DNA of 63,779 nucleotides, filler included, from Octopus bimaculoides (Eukaryota): the NCBI RefSeq assembly GCF_001194135.2. It is 5 parts of 5 records of this genome, joined end to end, with 100 filler letters (N's around TTAATTAATTAA, not from the genome) between each part and the next. Parts side by side here need not be neighbours in the genome. Positions count along the whole stretch, not along the records: positions 61,294 to 63,779 come from NC_068990.1; 4 more parts are not named here. The stretch is one strand, 5' to 3'. Position 1 is the stretch's first letter; each line of letters opens with the position of its first letter. This document shows positions 61,437 to 63,779 of the stretch, in pieces. A program made the position numbers and the translations under genes. The notes below the pieces were generated by a model that saw nothing but the letters and a program-made list of their open reading frames with translations, was not told the DNA's origin and searched no databases.

Positions 61437-62244
61437 CTGTGGTTCTCAACCACGTTTTACCTTTATTTTCTTTTTTTTTTTTTTGTTATTTATTTCAATC
61501 ATTAGACTGCAGCCATGCTGGAGCAGCACCATGAAAAATTTCTAGTTGAATGAATCAACCCTAGGACATTTTTTAATTTTTTTTAAGCTTGGTACTTATT
61601 CTATCGATCTCTTTGTTGAACTGGCTGTCAAGCAAGGAGGGAGGACAAGACACATACACACACATACATACATATGACAGGCTTCTCTCAGTTTCCATCT
61701 ATCAAATCCACTCACAAATCTTTGGTTGACCCAAGGCTATAGTAGAAGACACTTGCCCAAGGTGCCACGCAGTGGGACTGAACTCAAAACCACACAGTTG
61801 GGAAGCAAGCTACGTCTGCGCCTATCTTTGAACCCCTTTTGATTATTATTTTATTCTCGTTGACCTCTATCTCCATTCGGTGTTTAAAAACTAGATCTAT
61901 GGATACTTCTTTCGAAATTCCCATTTTGGTTCTCACACATACACTTTATTCTTTTATTCATGCACACATTTCAACCCTTAAGGCTGTGGCCATGCTGGGA
62001 CATCACATACTTGCACAGGTTTGCAGTAGCCCTCTTTAAGGGAACATGTTTCAGTGACCAGAAACATGATAAACTATGTAAAAATTAACTGATTCTCACA
62101 ATAAGCACATCTAAAGCAAAATTTATTCACAGACCATTGAAATATTAATGTGGATCTCCAATTTACTATTTAGATTGTGTGGACCCCCAGAATTCTTATA
62201 TGGGCTGCCTTAGGGATCATACAGACCCTAATTGAGAACCAAAG
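61437..62244. mobile_element. hAT MITE with nested SINE insertions
   Basis: Exact 8-bp TSD CTCTAAAG (61429-61436 and 62245-62252). Ends CTGTGGTTCTCAACC / ATTGAGAACCAAAG. SINE C and A copies lie at 61490-61815. Confidence 0.7.
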
Positions 62245-62304
62245 CTCTAAAGCTTTACTCAAGTAATAACAGTAAAATGTATGAAGAACTGGAAGAAAAA
62301 CAAG

Positions 62305-62745
62305 AAAGATCTCGTGAATGGCAGAATCAGTAGAGCACTGGACAAAACACCTAGTGGTCATTTTGTTATGTGTCCTTACATTTTAAATCTAAATCCCATC
62401 CAGATCAATTTGCATTCTTCCAAGACAGACAAAATAGTATGTGTCAAGTATTATGGCCGATATAATCAACTACTCCCTTGAAGGTGGTACCCCAGCATGG
62501 CCACAGTCCCATGACTAAAACCAGTCAGAGAATAAATAAAAATTCTTTCTAATAAAAGGCACAAGGCCTGAAATTTTAAGGCAAGAGGGCTAGTTGCCTC
62601 CATCAACTCCAGTGCTCAACTGGTACTTATTAAATTGACCCCGCAAAAGGATAAAAGTCAAAGGCAACCTTAGCAGAATTTGAACCCAGAACATAAAGAC
62701 AGACGAAATGTGAGTTAACAATTCTGCCAGCTCATCGCCTTGAAA
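62305..62745. mobile_element. Two SINE B-type copies, tail to tail
   Basis: + copy at 62305-62535 and - copy at 62555-62745. Confidence 0.7.
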
Positions 62746-62809
62746 AATAAACAAACAACAAACACATCTTTTCAAATACTCACACACTCATACACAATCC
62801 AATATATAT

Positions 62810-63060
62810 AAATGCACCCTTTTAAAGCCTAGCCAGGCTCATGGGCCTGGTTTCCCGGTTTCAATGGCTTTTTGTGCTCCCCAGCTGGACGGGACGCCAG
62901 TCCATCGAAGCGTTACTCATTTTTGCCAGCTGAGTGGACTGGAGCAAGGTGAAATGAAGTGTTTTGCTCAAGAACACAACGTGTCGCCCGGTCCAGGAAT
63001 CGAAACCACAATCTTACGATCATGATGCTGACACCCTAACCACTAAGCCACGCGCCTCCA
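62810..63060 (-). mobile_element. tRNA-derived SINE family E with Meta/V-SINE-like central domain
   Basis: Minus: TGGAGGCGCGTGGCTTAGTGGTTAGG..GGTTTCGATTCC..TTCTTGAGCAAAACACTT..GATGGACTGGCGTCCCGTCCAG. Confidence 0.8.
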
Positions 63061-63129
63061 CACAAGCCAATATAGTTGAGTGTATTTATTTGTATGTTCA
63101 ATAGCAGACTAAAGTAATAGTGATATTTT

Positions 63130-63340
63130 TTTACTTGTTTCAATCATCTGACTGCGATTATGCTGGAGCAACACCTTAAAGGGTTTTTAGCCGAAGAAAT
63201 TGGCCCCAGGACTTATTCTTTGTAAGTCTAGTACTTATTCTATTGGGTTCTTTTGCCAAACTGCTAAGTTACAGGGACATAAACACACCAACATAGGTTA
63301 TCAAGCAATGGTTGGGAGACAAATACAGACAGAAAGACAC
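63130..63340 (-). mobile_element. SINE family C body
   Basis: Reverse complement of the 57470-57665 type. Confidence 0.8.
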
Positions 63341-63779
63341 ACACATCAATATATATATATAAAAATATATCAGGGACATGCCCCCTAGGTAGGCAAGGTG
63401 CAGTGCCTACCTTGAATAAAATCGATTGATAGCAACATTTTCTTTTTATGACAAAATATGCACCTAATTCAATAAAGTTATGAAGGTTAGTCTGATTACT
63501 ATACATAAAATGCAAAACATTTAATTTTATTGTAGATTAGGTAGGCATAATTCGCCCCTGCTTTTCAATCTCAGTATTCAAGCTACGCATAGTACTGCTG
63601 TAGTACACCTGCTGTGTACACTCCTACAACACCGTTTTCTTTATGCACTATAAAGGCAGAAGTAAATCTGCCTTCAACTCAGTCGCATGCTTGTGTTTCG
63701 CTTATTTTTTATGTGTTTTACTACATAAAGGTTACCATCTGCCTACCCTGAGTAATCACTGATGGCACGCGCCTGATAT

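Noticed and set aside
1-63779. CRISPR arrays, operons, rRNA or other prokaryotic systems
   Set aside because: No repeat-spacer array, gene-dense block or rRNA-like sequence. The tandem units seen are LINE 3'UTR repeats and microsatellites.

Overview
AT-rich eukaryotic (animal) genomic scaffold, dense in microsatellites and broken by many N-gaps. The repeat inventory fits a coleoid cephalopod, probably Octopus; this is inferred from repeat style, not from a database match. Most of the window is decayed or nested mobile DNA: RTE LINEs of two types (one has a PHD-type zinc finger inside the RT), R4/Dong-like and CRE-like RLE LINEs, a CR1/L2-like LINE, mariner, Tc1, maT-like and Merlin transposase relics, hAT and mariner MITEs, two non-autonomous Helitrons with canonical ends, and about five tRNA-derived SINE families. 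No complete protein-coding gene can be named. There are only candidate exons (minus strand 33876-33978, 25799-25894, 55319-55647) and one unexplained 174-codon open frame (60119-60643). The strongest unexplained signal is a set of minimal type-I hammerhead ribozyme (HHR) motifs in several unrelated, inverted-repeat-bounded, non-coding elements that resemble Penelope-like elements or retrozymes. One 373-bp unit has a tRNA-like head between two inverted HHR arms and a 12-bp TSD (17545-17917). One young unit has perfect 61-bp inverted ends and an essentially intact HHR (56537-56966). A four-HHR cluster (42053-43680) has catalytic cores lost by CpG decay, and a sister copy (15566-15626) shows the reciprocal CpG change. 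Other notable items are long hairpins and foldbacks, a pre-miRNA-like stem-loop and a candidate recursive splice site. All alignments, translations and folds were done by eye; most boundaries are approximate unless a TSD fixes them.
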